Shown here piece after piece: positions 25,432-34,263 of a stretch of DNA of 55,573 bases (within the stretch, counting starts at the first letter, position 1; each line of letters begins with the position of its first letter). Source of the stretch: a virus. Its lineage: Duplodnaviria; Caudoviricetes. The notes beneath the pieces were generated by a model. The model did not search any database and had not been told where the DNA came from. It saw only the letters and a list, made by a program, of their open reading frames with translations. Where the stretch lies: positions 1 to 55,573 of the IMG/VR virus record IMGVR_UViG_3300046000_004360, one strand, 5' to 3'. The position numbers and the translations under genes were made by a program.

Positions 25432-25765
25432 ATGTAAAAAGTGTGGGGGCGAGTTAGCCCCCGGCAAGGCTATAGAAAATACATATACAGGACTGCCCGA
25501 CTTTCCCGGAGATAAACATCCAGTAACAATGTCCCCCGGAGGGAAAGGCACACTGATAGACTGTATGAAGTGTGAGAAGTGTGGCTGGAGTATATATAGC
25601 GGGGAATCGCTCGAAGCGGTAACAGTCAGGCTGATGTTAGTGGCAACAAATAAACCGCCGCACAAAAGTGAGATAGCTAGGCTATCGGTAGTGATGCGCG
25701 ATAGTGAGGCATTTAAATTTAATTGTAAGTTGGTTGAGTTAGCACTTAAGGAGAGAAAGATATGA
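25409..25765 (+). CDS. Zinc-ribbon hypothetical protein
   Basis: CKKCGG...CEKCG. Confidence 0.6.
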   Translation: MLSLDYTRCKKCGGELAPGKAIENTYTGLPDFPGDKHPVTMSPGGKGTLIDCMKCEKCGWSIYSGESLEAVTVRLMLVATNKPPHKSEIARLSVVMRDSEAFKFNCKLVELALKERKI

Positions 25766-25965
25766 GCTACCAAAAAGATAAAGCGTTCTGCGATGCGTTG
25801 TTTGCCGACACAATCAGGGAAACACACAGGAACAAGTTAGCAGAGGAGTTTAAGCAGCCTGCAGTTAGTACTGAGGAAACGTTAGTAAGGGGACACCGCA
25901 AGTATCCACAACCAACTAAGACATACTACGCAGGAGAAGGGAGAAGACATGGACGCTGCGGATAG
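25762..25965 (+). CDS. Hypothetical protein
   Basis: AAGGAG RBS, overlapping starts and stops. Confidence 0.6.
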   Translation: MSYQKDKAFCDALFADTIRETHRNKLAEEFKQPAVSTEETLVRGHRKYPQPTKTYYAGEGRRHGRCG

Positions 25966-26134
25966 TGCGCAACAACAAATGGAGCAGTTAGAAAAACTGC
26001 GGAGGCAACAGAAACCCCCAATGGTAGCAGAGCCGAAGGGGTATTGCCTGAACTGCGGCAACACAGACATTAAAAAGGGGCTGCGGTGGTGTGATGTTGA
26101 TTGCCGCACGGATTGGCAGAGGAGGAACGAGTGA
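25949..26134 (+). CDS. DksA/TraR-like C4 zinc-finger protein
   Basis: MDAADSA N-terminus (DxxDxA) plus CLNCG...WCDVDC. Confidence 0.7.
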   Translation: MDAADSAQQQMEQLEKLRRQQKPPMVAEPKGYCLNCGNTDIKKGLRWCDVDCRTDWQRRNE

Positions 26135-26346
26135 ATAAGTGGGATTGGATGATATTGTTTGGGGTTGGGTGCACCATAGGGATTGTTTTTTCCTTGATGC
26201 CGCGACCAGACACAGAAATAAAATATCCGTATTATACTTGCACTAAGGATCAGGTTAGTGAGATAATATATAACCAACCTAATGGTATGCTGGAAGCTAT
26301 TAAGGCGCGCTGTACGACCCACGCGGGGGGGGACATAACCGTATGA
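26131..26346 (+). CDS. Small membrane-anchored protein
   Basis: GTG start with GAGGA RBS; N-terminal hydrophobic segment. Confidence 0.55.
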   Translation: MNKWDWMILFGVGCTIGIVFSLMPRPDTEIKYPYYTCTKDQVSEIIYNQPNGMLEAIKARCTTHAGGDITV

Positions 26347-28208
26347 ACATTAATATTATTGCTTGCGACATAGAGACTTTTTACTCAAAAGAGTATGGGC
26401 TGACTAAGTGCACTACCGAAGAATACATACGCTCTCCGTTGTTTCAGACAATTGGTGTAGCTACAAAAATTAACGATGGGTCTATTGAGTGGGTGTCAGG
26501 TACGCATGAGTATGTTAAGGAATATTTAGAGTCTTTACCGTGGGATACACATCTATTACTAGCGCAGAACACAGCGTTTGATGGGGCGATACTTAACTGG
26601 ATTTATGGTATCAAACCCAGAGGTTATTTAGATACGATGAGCATGGCAAACGCGCTGCATGGGGTGTCGGAATCATCATCACTGGCAAACCTATGCAAGC
26701 TATATAAGTCGCGGCCTAAAGGGGATGAAGTATTGAATGCGTTGGGCAAGCGGAGGGAAGATTTTACCCCCACAGAACTGGCGACATACGGAGAGTACTG
26801 CCGCGATGACGTTTTTTCAACGCATGATATATTTCACAAGATGCTACCGATCTTCCCAAAGTCGGAGCTAAAAGTAATTGATCTAACCATAAGGATGTTT
26901 GCACAACCAATAATAGAAATAGATGCGCCGATGCTGGTGGAAGACTTGATAAACATAAAGAGAACGAAGCGCGAATCACTAGAGAAACTGCAAACGGCTT
27001 TGGGGGTGGGTAGTGAAGCGGAACTAAAAATTAAAGTAATGAGCAACCCCAAGTTTGCTGAGTTGCTTAAGGCGCAGGGGGTGGAGCCGCCCACCAAGAT
27101 CAGTGCCAAGACGGGTAAGACTGCATGGGCGTTCGCCAAGACAGACGAGGAGTTTACCAATCTGCTTGAGAGTGATGACCCTATTGTGGCTACACTTGTA
27201 TCTACACGGCTGGAGAATAAGTCTACCATAGGAGAAACAAGAACAGAGGCGTATATCGGTATAGCGGGGCGGGGCACTTACCCATTCTCACTGTCATATT
27301 CAGGCGCGAAGATAACGCACCGTTGGAGTGGCTTTGGGACTAACCCCCAAAATCTGCCTCGCGGGTCGACATTACGCAGGGCACTCGTGGCACCAGACGG
27401 GCGCACGCTGGTAGTGGCAGACTCAAGTAACATCGAGCTACGCTCAGGGATGTGGTTGGCGGGGCAGCAAGACGCACTACAGCAGATTAGGGATGGGTTG
27501 GACTTGTATCGGGTGTTTGCATCGGAATCATTTAACTTGGATTATGATAGTATAGGTAAAACCAGTGATGAAAGGTTTATTGGAAAGGTCTGCCAGCTCT
27601 CACTTTTGTACCAGACAGGGCATGTAAAATTGCAGAATACAATTCGCATACAAAGTAAAGGCAAGATAACTATCACGCTCAAAGAGGCAGAAAGATTAAA
27701 GTATTTATACCGTGATACATATGATAAGATAGTTGATGCTTGGGGTGATGGAGAAGAGGTACTTTCGTGGATTGCTAATGATGAAGAACACACAGCGTTC
27801 GAGTTTTTACCTGTACATGGTAAGAAAGGTATTCTTAAACCTAGTGGGTTATACTTACCATATCCGGGGTTAAGAAAAGAAAACACAGAAAAAGGGAACG
27901 AGTGGCAATATGATACAAGGAGAGGATGCAGCATATTAAAAGATAAAGCTTACGGGGGAAAATGTTTCCAAAGAATAAATCAAAGTTTGGCGCGGGATAT
28001 TATATCAACACAGACGATGGAAATAAATAAACGATATTGGGTTGCAGGATTGGTACATGATGAGGTAATATGTGTAGTTCCAGATGCTGAAGTAGAAGAA
28101 GCCAAGATATTTATACAAGAAGTTATGAGGAAGCCCCCATCATGGGCATTGGATTTACCACTGGATTGTGAAGTAGGATCAGGGAAACGATATGGCGACG
28201 CCAAATAA
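26343..28208 (+). CDS. polA: Family A DNA polymerase with 3'-5' exonuclease
   Basis: ExoI DIET, ExoII N..FD, ExoIII YC..D; NPQNLPR; motif A DSSNIELR; motif B R...K...L...Y; motif C VHDE. Confidence 0.92.
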   Translation: MNINIIACDIETFYSKEYGLTKCTTEEYIRSPLFQTIGVATKINDGSIEWVSGTHEYVKEYLESLPWDTHLLLAQNTAFDGAILNWIYGIKPRGYLDTMSMANALHGVSESSSLANLCKLYKSRPKGDEVLNALGKRREDFTPTELATYGEYCRDDVFSTHDIFHKMLPIFPKSELKVIDLTIRMFAQPIIEIDAPMLVEDLINIKRTKRESLEKLQTALGVGSEAELKIKVMSNPKFAELLKAQGVEPPTKISAKTGKTAWAFAKTDEEFTNLLESDDPIVATLVSTRLENKSTIGETRTEAYIGIAGRGTYPFSLSYSGAKITHRWSGFGTNPQNLPRGSTLRRALVAPDGRTLVVADSSNIELRSGMWLAGQQDALQQIRDGLDLYRVFASESFNLDYDSIGKTSDERFIGKVCQLSLLYQTGHVKLQNTIRIQSKGKITITLKEAERLKYLYRDTYDKIVDAWGDGEEVLSWIANDEEHTAFEFLPVHGKKGILKPSGLYLPYPGLRKENTEKGNEWQYDTRRGCSILKDKAYGGKCFQRINQSLARDIISTQTMEINKRYWVAGLVHDEVICVVPDAEVEEAKIFIQEVMRKPPSWALDLPLDCEVGSGKRYGDAK

Positions 28209-28452
28209 AGATGATGATTACGCTGCTTGGCTACTAAAAGAGATACTGGCGCATGGGGTTGATAATGCGTCAGCATGGTACCCAAGTATGCCGCCATGCG
28301 AGTTCGGCTGGCGCATAGAGGCCGTAAGACACGGGCATCGCCTCATTGATGAGTCTAACCGCAAGCTGCGCAATAAATACGATCATACATTTTGGTACTC
28401 CCCCAAAGCAGTTGAGTGGCTAAAGGATTACAACGAGAGGAGAAATAAATGA
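28192..28452 (+). CDS. Divergent winged-helix-like paralogue C, carrying an nrdA-identical 27-mer
   Basis: WLLKEILAHG...AVRHG...WYSPKAVEWLK. Confidence 0.55.
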   Translation: MATPNKDDDYAAWLLKEILAHGVDNASAWYPSMPPCEFGWRIEAVRHGHRLIDESNRKLRNKYDHTFWYSPKAVEWLKDYNERRNK

Positions 28453-28661
28453 GTAAATTTAAGAAGTTACCGCAGCATGAGTTGGATGGAATGTCTCGCA
28501 AGGAGCTGGACGATTATTTTGAGGCGGAGGATAACAATAGGCTGAGAGACAAGTTCGCTATGGCTGCGATGTCTGTGGATTTAAGGGGTAGTAGTGTTGA
28601 AGCAATTGCTGAGATGTGTTTCCTGTTGGCAGATGCGATGATGATAGAAAGGGATAAATAA
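28449..28661 (+). CDS. Hypothetical phage protein
   Basis: LRDKFAMAAM...A..C..LADAM..ER, a motif common in small phage proteins. Confidence 0.7.
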   Translation: MSKFKKLPQHELDGMSRKELDDYFEAEDNNRLRDKFAMAAMSVDLRGSSVEAIAEMCFLLADAMMIERDK

Positions 28662-28742
28662 TGAAGAGAATACTTACCGCAATAAGAGCAAAACTAAAGA
28701 GCTGGCAAGATGCATTAGAACAAAAAATAAAGAAAATAACCG

Positions 28743-29408
28743 ATGGCCTATAGTTACTCAGCGTTGAAGGAATTTTCCCAGTGCCCTAGGAAATACCATG
28801 AGAATCGGGTGCTAAAAAAGTGGCCTTTCCCTAAGACAGATGCTATAATGTATGGCGAGGAGGTACACAAGGCACTAGAGGACTATATAGGTAGCGGGGT
28901 TGATTTAGGTAAGCATAGCAGATTCAAGGACATTGCTGATTCATTGCTCAGGCTGGAGGGGGAGAAGCTAGTCGAGTTTAAGATGGCGTTGGATCACTCT
29001 CTACAGCCGTGTGATTTCTTTGATAAAGATGTTTATCTGCGTGGGGTTGCTGATATTGTCGTGTTGAATAAGGCGACAAGCAAGGCGTATATAGGAGACT
29101 ATAAAACTGGCGGGGATAAGTACCCCGACAAAGACCAGTTAGAGCTTATGGCGTTGATGATATTCAGGTACTTCCCGGAGATAACATACGTGAAGGCCGC
29201 GCTGTTGTTTGTGGTGCATGATACGATTGTTACTGCTGAGTACCACAAGAAGGAAGCCAAGCCCACATGGTTAAAGTGGATAGGTAAGATTAACGAAGTA
29301 GAGGCGGCACATGAAGCGGGGGTATGGAACGAAAAGCCCACGGCACTATGCCCGTGGTGCCCTGTGAATGATTGCCCGCACTGGTCAGAGAAAAGGAAAA
29401 GTAAATAA
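28743..29408 (+). CDS. PD-(D/E)XK (Cas4/RecB-like) exonuclease
   Basis: SYS....F..CP; G..VH; RG.AD; DYKTG; QL; C-terminal C..C....C. Confidence 0.85.
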   Translation: MAYSYSALKEFSQCPRKYHENRVLKKWPFPKTDAIMYGEEVHKALEDYIGSGVDLGKHSRFKDIADSLLRLEGEKLVEFKMALDHSLQPCDFFDKDVYLRGVADIVVLNKATSKAYIGDYKTGGDKYPDKDQLELMALMIFRYFPEITYVKAALLFVVHDTIVTAEYHKKEAKPTWLKWIGKINEVEAAHEAGVWNEKPTALCPWCPVNDCPHWSEKRKSK

Positions 29409-29674
29409 TGCCTAGAAAACCTAATATACCTAAAGGTTCGCCGTACTGGAAAGAAGAATGGAAAAAGATGCAGGCTAATGGGGAAGACAAGAAGCAGCTT
29501 GAAAGGGCTAAGGCCAGAAGGATGGTCGATAAGGCGGGAATTAATAGGAAGGGTAAAGATGTAGGGCACATCAAGCCAGTGGAGGATGGGGGTAAGAGCG
29601 TGATGAGCAACTTACGTATTGAGGACTCCAGTAAAAACCAGAGTAATAATTTGCATAAGAAGGGGGAGAAATGA
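29408..29674 (+). CDS. Small HNH-like protein
   Basis: GKDVGHIKP...GG....NLR.....N; the usual DH appears as GH. Confidence 0.6.
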   Translation: MPRKPNIPKGSPYWKEEWKKMQANGEDKKQLERAKARRMVDKAGINRKGKDVGHIKPVEDGGKSVMSNLRIEDSSKNQSNNLHKKGEK

Positions 29675-31332
29675 ATGTAAAACTAATAAGCCATTCAGTA
29701 CCTACAGGCCCAAAGATAGAAGGTATGCAGGGGTTAGTAGCCTTCTGTGCTAGGGTGAGTAATCCAAGCAACCAACATAACCAGAGTACGGAGAAGTTAA
29801 TTACATACTTGCTGGATAATAAACACTTCTCGCCACTGGAAATGGTTAATGTTTGTCTGGAAATTGAAACGACTCGCGATATTGGTAGGCAGATACTTAG
29901 GCATAGATCATTTACGTTTCAGGAATTTTGTGTTACTGGGGATAGTTTAATTACTACGGTTACTAAAGGAGGTAGGACAAAAAAAGTATCTATTGAGAAG
30001 CTATATGCGCGGCATAAGTCCGACCAATATAGAGGTATAAGTGATAATTTAGTTCGTGTGTATGATGAGAAGAGCAGGTTTCTATCCTCGGCCAAGATAA
30101 AAGAAGTATTTAAAACTGGCAAAAAGGACGTGTATGAACTAACCCTAGAAAACGGAAAGAAAATACAATCCACTATGGATCATAAATTTCTTACTTACGC
30201 CGGGTTTAAACCGCTTAAAGCGATAACCATAGATTCTTTCGTTGGATGCAATGGGATTCCAGTCCATCAAGAGCATAGCTGGTTGCAACAAGCGAAGATA
30301 GAATCAATAGAAGCGGGGGTAGGGATACCATACATAGCTCACAAAGCGCAAATAAGCTACCATACTGTTAGGAAGTGGCTAAGAATACACAAACTGCAGT
30401 ACTCTAAAAAAGAGGTCGCGACATATACTAGTATATGGAATAAAGGCATACCGAAGGAATACCAACCTAATTTTGGTGGTTTCCACAGCAAAGAAACACG
30501 GGAAAAGATGTCTGCTAGTGCTATGAAGGGGGTTGATTCTAACTTATATAAAAATGGTAAGTACACAACGGACACTATGAGGTGGAGGAATTTAGTCGCT
30601 CAGAAGTGTAAAGGATACCATTCAGAAATTCTACAAAAGCAAAATAACAGGTGTGCCATAAGTGGGGCCCGTATTAATTTGAGTAATAGTGAAGTAGACC
30701 ATATACACCCAGTATACAGCCACCCTAGTTTAGCGTTTGAAAAAACAAACTTACAGGTATTATGTAAAGAAGCGCATAGAGTAAAATCAGGCAAAGAAAG
30801 AAAAGAAGCAAAGTACACAGCAAGGTTTTCAAAAGTGAAGTCTATTTTTTACATAGGGGAGAAAGAGACGTATGATATTGAGGTTGAGCATCATAGTCAT
30901 AATTACATAGCTAACGGGATCGTTACTCATAACTCACAAAGATACGCCGACCCAGTTAAGGAACTAAATTTTGAATTACGCGAAGCAAGGTTGCAGGACG
31001 CGAAGAACAGGCAGAACTCTATGGATACCACAGATAGAGACTTAAAAGAGTACTGGCACATGAAGCAAATGGAGGTGATTAACTTAGCTAAAAAGAATTA
31101 CCAGTGGGCGTTATATAACGGTTTAGCTAAGGAATGTGCCAGAGTAGTGCTGCCAGAGGGGAATACATTATCTAGGATGTATGTGAATGGCACTATGAGA
31201 AGCTGGTTACACTACTGCGACTTGCGGGGTAGTAACGGCACACAGAAAGAACATATGGACATAGCACGAGAATGTGTAGAAGTTATAAGCACGGTGTTTC
31301 CATTGATAAAACAAAAAGAAAGCCCTACATGA
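29671..31332 (+). CDS. thyX: FAD-dependent thymidylate synthase ThyX, interrupted by an intein
   Basis: ARVS, H.SPLE, RHRSF.FQEF|SQRY signature split by the insertion; E.AR.VLP; Q.EH. Confidence 0.93.
   Translation: MNVKLISHSVPTGPKIEGMQGLVAFCARVSNPSNQHNQSTEKLITYLLDNKHFSPLEMVNVCLEIETTRDIGRQILRHRSFTFQEFCVTGDSLITTVTKGGRTKKVSIEKLYARHKSDQYRGISDNLVRVYDEKSRFLSSAKIKEVFKTGKKDVYELTLENGKKIQSTMDHKFLTYAGFKPLKAITIDSFVGCNGIPVHQEHSWLQQAKIESIEAGVGIPYIAHKAQISYHTVRKWLRIHKLQYSKKEVATYTSIWNKGIPKEYQPNFGGFHSKETREKMSASAMKGVDSNLYKNGKYTTDTMRWRNLVAQKCKGYHSEILQKQNNRCAISGARINLSNSEVDHIHPVYSHPSLAFEKTNLQVLCKEAHRVKSGKERKEAKYTARFSKVKSIFYIGEKETYDIEVEHHSHNYIANGIVTHNSQRYADPVKELNFELREARLQDAKNRQNSMDTTDRDLKEYWHMKQMEVINLAKKNYQWALYNGLAKECARVVLPEGNTLSRMYVNGTMRSWLHYCDLRGSNGTQKEHMDIARECVEVISTVFPLIKQKESPT
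29929..30933 (+). mobile_element. Intein (335 aa) with an HNH-type homing endonuclease
   Basis: Starts CVTGDSLI; block B T.DHKFLT; ends TYDIEV...NYIANGIVTHN before extein Ser; internal EVDHIHP...NLQVLC..H. Confidence 0.92.
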
Positions 31333-33095
31333 CAATAAAAAAAGATTATATCAGGGATGCACTATTCGATACCCTTGGGTTACTGAGGCTTAAGAATAGT
31401 TATATGATGGCGGGGGAGAATAGCCCCCAAGATAGGTTCGCTTATGTGTCAGAGAAGTTTAGTAGTAACCCAGACCATGCACAGCGGCTGTATGATTATG
31501 CTTCAAAACACTGGCTGTCTTACTCCACCCCAATACTGTCATATAACGAGGATAAGCGGGGGTTTGGGATTGCTTGTTTCTTGAACACCATAGCGGATAC
31601 AGCCGAAGGGTTGGTTGAGAACTTATCAGAAACAAACAGGTTCTCTATGTTGGGCGGGGGGGTCGGTATTAACTTTGGGATACGTTCCGCAGATGAGAAG
31701 TCTACAGGGGTTATGCCACACCTCAAGATATATGACGCTTCCGCATTGGCATACAAGCAAGGGAAAACTAGGAGGGGCAGCTACGCAGCGTACTTGGATA
31801 TTAGTCACCCAGATATTAAGTTGTTCTTGGAGATGCGCAAACCAACGGGGGATCAGAATCTGAGAGCCTTGAATATGCACCACGGGATTAACATATCAGA
31901 CAGTTTCATGGAGTTGATTGACCGATGCACACAAGACCCAGACGCTGATGATTCATGGGATCTCAAAGACCCTAACAGCCCAGAAGTGCGCGAAGTAGTC
32001 TCAGCTAAAGAACTTTGGCAGCGTATATTAGAAACACGGATGCAGACTGGGGAGCCATACCTACACTTCATTGATGAGTCTAACCGCAAGCTGCCTTATT
32101 GGTTGAAGGATAAAGGGCTTGAAGTTAAGCAGTCGAATTTGTGTTCTGAGATCGTACTCCCAACAAACGAAGAAAGAACTGCGGTATGCTGCTTGTCCTC
32201 AGTGAACTTGGAGTATTATGATGAGTGGAAAGGCGACCCGCAGTTCTTGCTGGATATAGCGGAGATGCTGGATAATGTATTGCAGCACTTCATTGATAAT
32301 GCACCAGACAGCGTAGAGCGGGCTAAGTTTTCAGCGCGGAGTGAGCGTAGCATTGGTGTAGGGGCGTTGGGATTCCATGCTTACCTACAGAAGAACTATA
32401 TCCCTTGGGAATCTGCGCAGGCGGTAGGCAAGAACTTAGCGATGTTTAAGCATATAAGGTGCCATTTAGATTTAGCTAACGGGGTGTTAGGAAAAGAAAG
32501 AGGGGAGGCTCCAGACGCGGTTGGTACAGGGCGTAGATTTTCACACCTTATGGCAATTGCCCCCAATGCCTCCAGTTCTATTATTATGGGTAATACAAGC
32601 CCATCAATTGAGCCTTATAGAGCTAATACCTACAGACAGGACACACTATCAGGTTCTCATTTAGTCAAGAACAGGTGGCTAGATAAGGTGCTTAAAAGTA
32701 AGGTGTTGCTTGAAGAAGAATTACCTGATATATGGGCAAGTATCATCGCAAATAATGGGTCGGTTCAACACCTAGCAATCCTGACTGAGTGGGAGAAGGA
32801 TACATTTAAAACGGCAATGGAACTTGACCAGCGATGGGTGATACAACACGCTTCGGACAGGCAGCCGTTTATAGACCAAGCGCAGTCGGTTAATGTGTTC
32901 TTCAGACCTGATGCTAACATCAAGTATATCCACGCAGTACACATGCAGGCATGGAGGCAGAAACTAAAGACCCTATACTACTGCAGGTCGGAGAAGATTA
33001 ACAAAGGGGATAAGTTGTATCACAAGGTAGAACGTGATATAATTAAAGAGATTGACGCGGGTGGGGATGATAGTTGTCTTGCCTGTGAAGGATAG
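31329..33095 (+). CDS. nrdA: Class I ribonucleotide reductase alpha subunit (no ATP cone)
   Basis: STP, ACF, GGGVG, SNLCSEI, CCLSS, APNASSS, TLYY, C-terminal CLACEG. Confidence 0.95.
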   Translation: MTIKKDYIRDALFDTLGLLRLKNSYMMAGENSPQDRFAYVSEKFSSNPDHAQRLYDYASKHWLSYSTPILSYNEDKRGFGIACFLNTIADTAEGLVENLSETNRFSMLGGGVGINFGIRSADEKSTGVMPHLKIYDASALAYKQGKTRRGSYAAYLDISHPDIKLFLEMRKPTGDQNLRALNMHHGINISDSFMELIDRCTQDPDADDSWDLKDPNSPEVREVVSAKELWQRILETRMQTGEPYLHFIDESNRKLPYWLKDKGLEVKQSNLCSEIVLPTNEERTAVCCLSSVNLEYYDEWKGDPQFLLDIAEMLDNVLQHFIDNAPDSVERAKFSARSERSIGVGALGFHAYLQKNYIPWESAQAVGKNLAMFKHIRCHLDLANGVLGKERGEAPDAVGTGRRFSHLMAIAPNASSSIIMGNTSPSIEPYRANTYRQDTLSGSHLVKNRWLDKVLKSKVLLEEELPDIWASIIANNGSVQHLAILTEWEKDTFKTAMELDQRWVIQHASDRQPFIDQAQSVNVFFRPDANIKYIHAVHMQAWRQKLKTLYYCRSEKINKGDKLYHKVERDIIKEIDAGGDDSCLACEG

Positions 33096-33103
33096 GGGAG
33101 AAG

Positions 33104-34081
33104 ATGAAACAAAAACATAATTTACTAGAAGAACGACAGTGCTTTAAGCCGTTTAATTATCCTTGGGCGTACAACGCTTGGTTGGAGCATGAGCAGAGCC
33201 ACTGGGGGCCTTGGGAGGCGAAACTGGGGGAGGATGTAAAGGACTGGAATAAGAACTTAACCGCAGCAGAGAAGAACTTATTGACCCATATTTTCAGGTT
33301 CTTTACCCAAGCGGATATTGATGTGGCGGGCGCATATGTCAAGAACTACCTACCCTATTTTCCACAACCAGAAATACGTATGATGTTGTTGGGGTTTGCT
33401 AATAGGGAAGCGGTACATATCGCAGCTTATTCACACTTGATTGAGACTCTGGGACTACCGGAGACTACCTACAATGAGTTTGCGCAGTATCAGGAAATGA
33501 AAGAGAAGCATGAGTACTTGGTGGATATATCTAATACGCAATGTGACAAGGCAGATACTGCAGTGCATATGGCAGTGTTCTCAGGGTTTACCGAAGGGAT
33601 GCAGTTGTTCTCGTCGTTTATTATGCTGCTGAACTTCTCTAGGCAAGGCAAGATGCGGGGGATGAAGGACATTATTACTTGGTCTATTCAGGATGAGATG
33701 ATGCACTGTGATGGGATGATTAAGTTGTTCCGTGAGTATGTTAAGGAGAACCTTGATATATGGAACGACGAGACTAAGGAGAGGATATACGCAGCCGCTG
33801 AGAAGATGGTAGAACTGGAAGATAAGTTTATTGATTTGGCGTTTGCTATGGGGGATTTAATTGATTTAACTAAAGAGCAAGTTAAGGTGTATATCCGGTA
33901 CATTACTGACAGACGCTTGATTGGTTTGGGCTTGAAGGGTATTAACAAAGTGAAGCGCAATCCACTACCGTGGGTAGAAGAAATTATTAACAGCCCGATA
34001 CATGGTAATATGTTTGAGACAGTAATAACAGACTATGCCAAAGGCGCATTAACAGGATCATGGGAGGAAGTATGGGCATAA
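33104..34081 (+). CDS. nrdB: Class I ribonucleotide reductase beta subunit
   Basis: FFTQAD, EAVH...Y, EGMQLFSSF, DEMMH dimetal ligands. Confidence 0.95.
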   Translation: MKQKHNLLEERQCFKPFNYPWAYNAWLEHEQSHWGPWEAKLGEDVKDWNKNLTAAEKNLLTHIFRFFTQADIDVAGAYVKNYLPYFPQPEIRMMLLGFANREAVHIAAYSHLIETLGLPETTYNEFAQYQEMKEKHEYLVDISNTQCDKADTAVHMAVFSGFTEGMQLFSSFIMLLNFSRQGKMRGMKDIITWSIQDEMMHCDGMIKLFREYVKENLDIWNDETKERIYAAAEKMVELEDKFIDLAFAMGDLIDLTKEQVKVYIRYITDRRLIGLGLKGINKVKRNPLPWVEEIINSPIHGNMFETVITDYAKGALTGSWEEVWA

Positions 34082-34263
34082 CATTTACAGATAAAGGACC
34101 GTGGCGGGTGGAGAGTTTGTTAGGCGCGGTGGATGTAATTAGCAGTGATCCGACTAACGCGGTAGGACTAAGCGTAGGGGGAGAGTGGGCAACATTAGAG
34201 GATAAAATTAAATACGCGCATGGGCTGGCGGAATTACTGAACAGACATAATGGAAATAATTGA
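34072..34263 (+). CDS. Hypothetical protein
   Basis: GGAGG RBS; bridges nrdB and the helicase gene. Confidence 0.6.
   Translation: MGITFTDKGPWRVESLLGAVDVISSDPTNAVGLSVGGEWATLEDKIKYAHGLAELLNRHNGNN

Noticed and set aside
28743-29408. Cas4 as evidence of a CRISPR system
   Set aside because: Standalone PD-(D/E)XK exonucleases are routine in phage replication modules, and no array was found.
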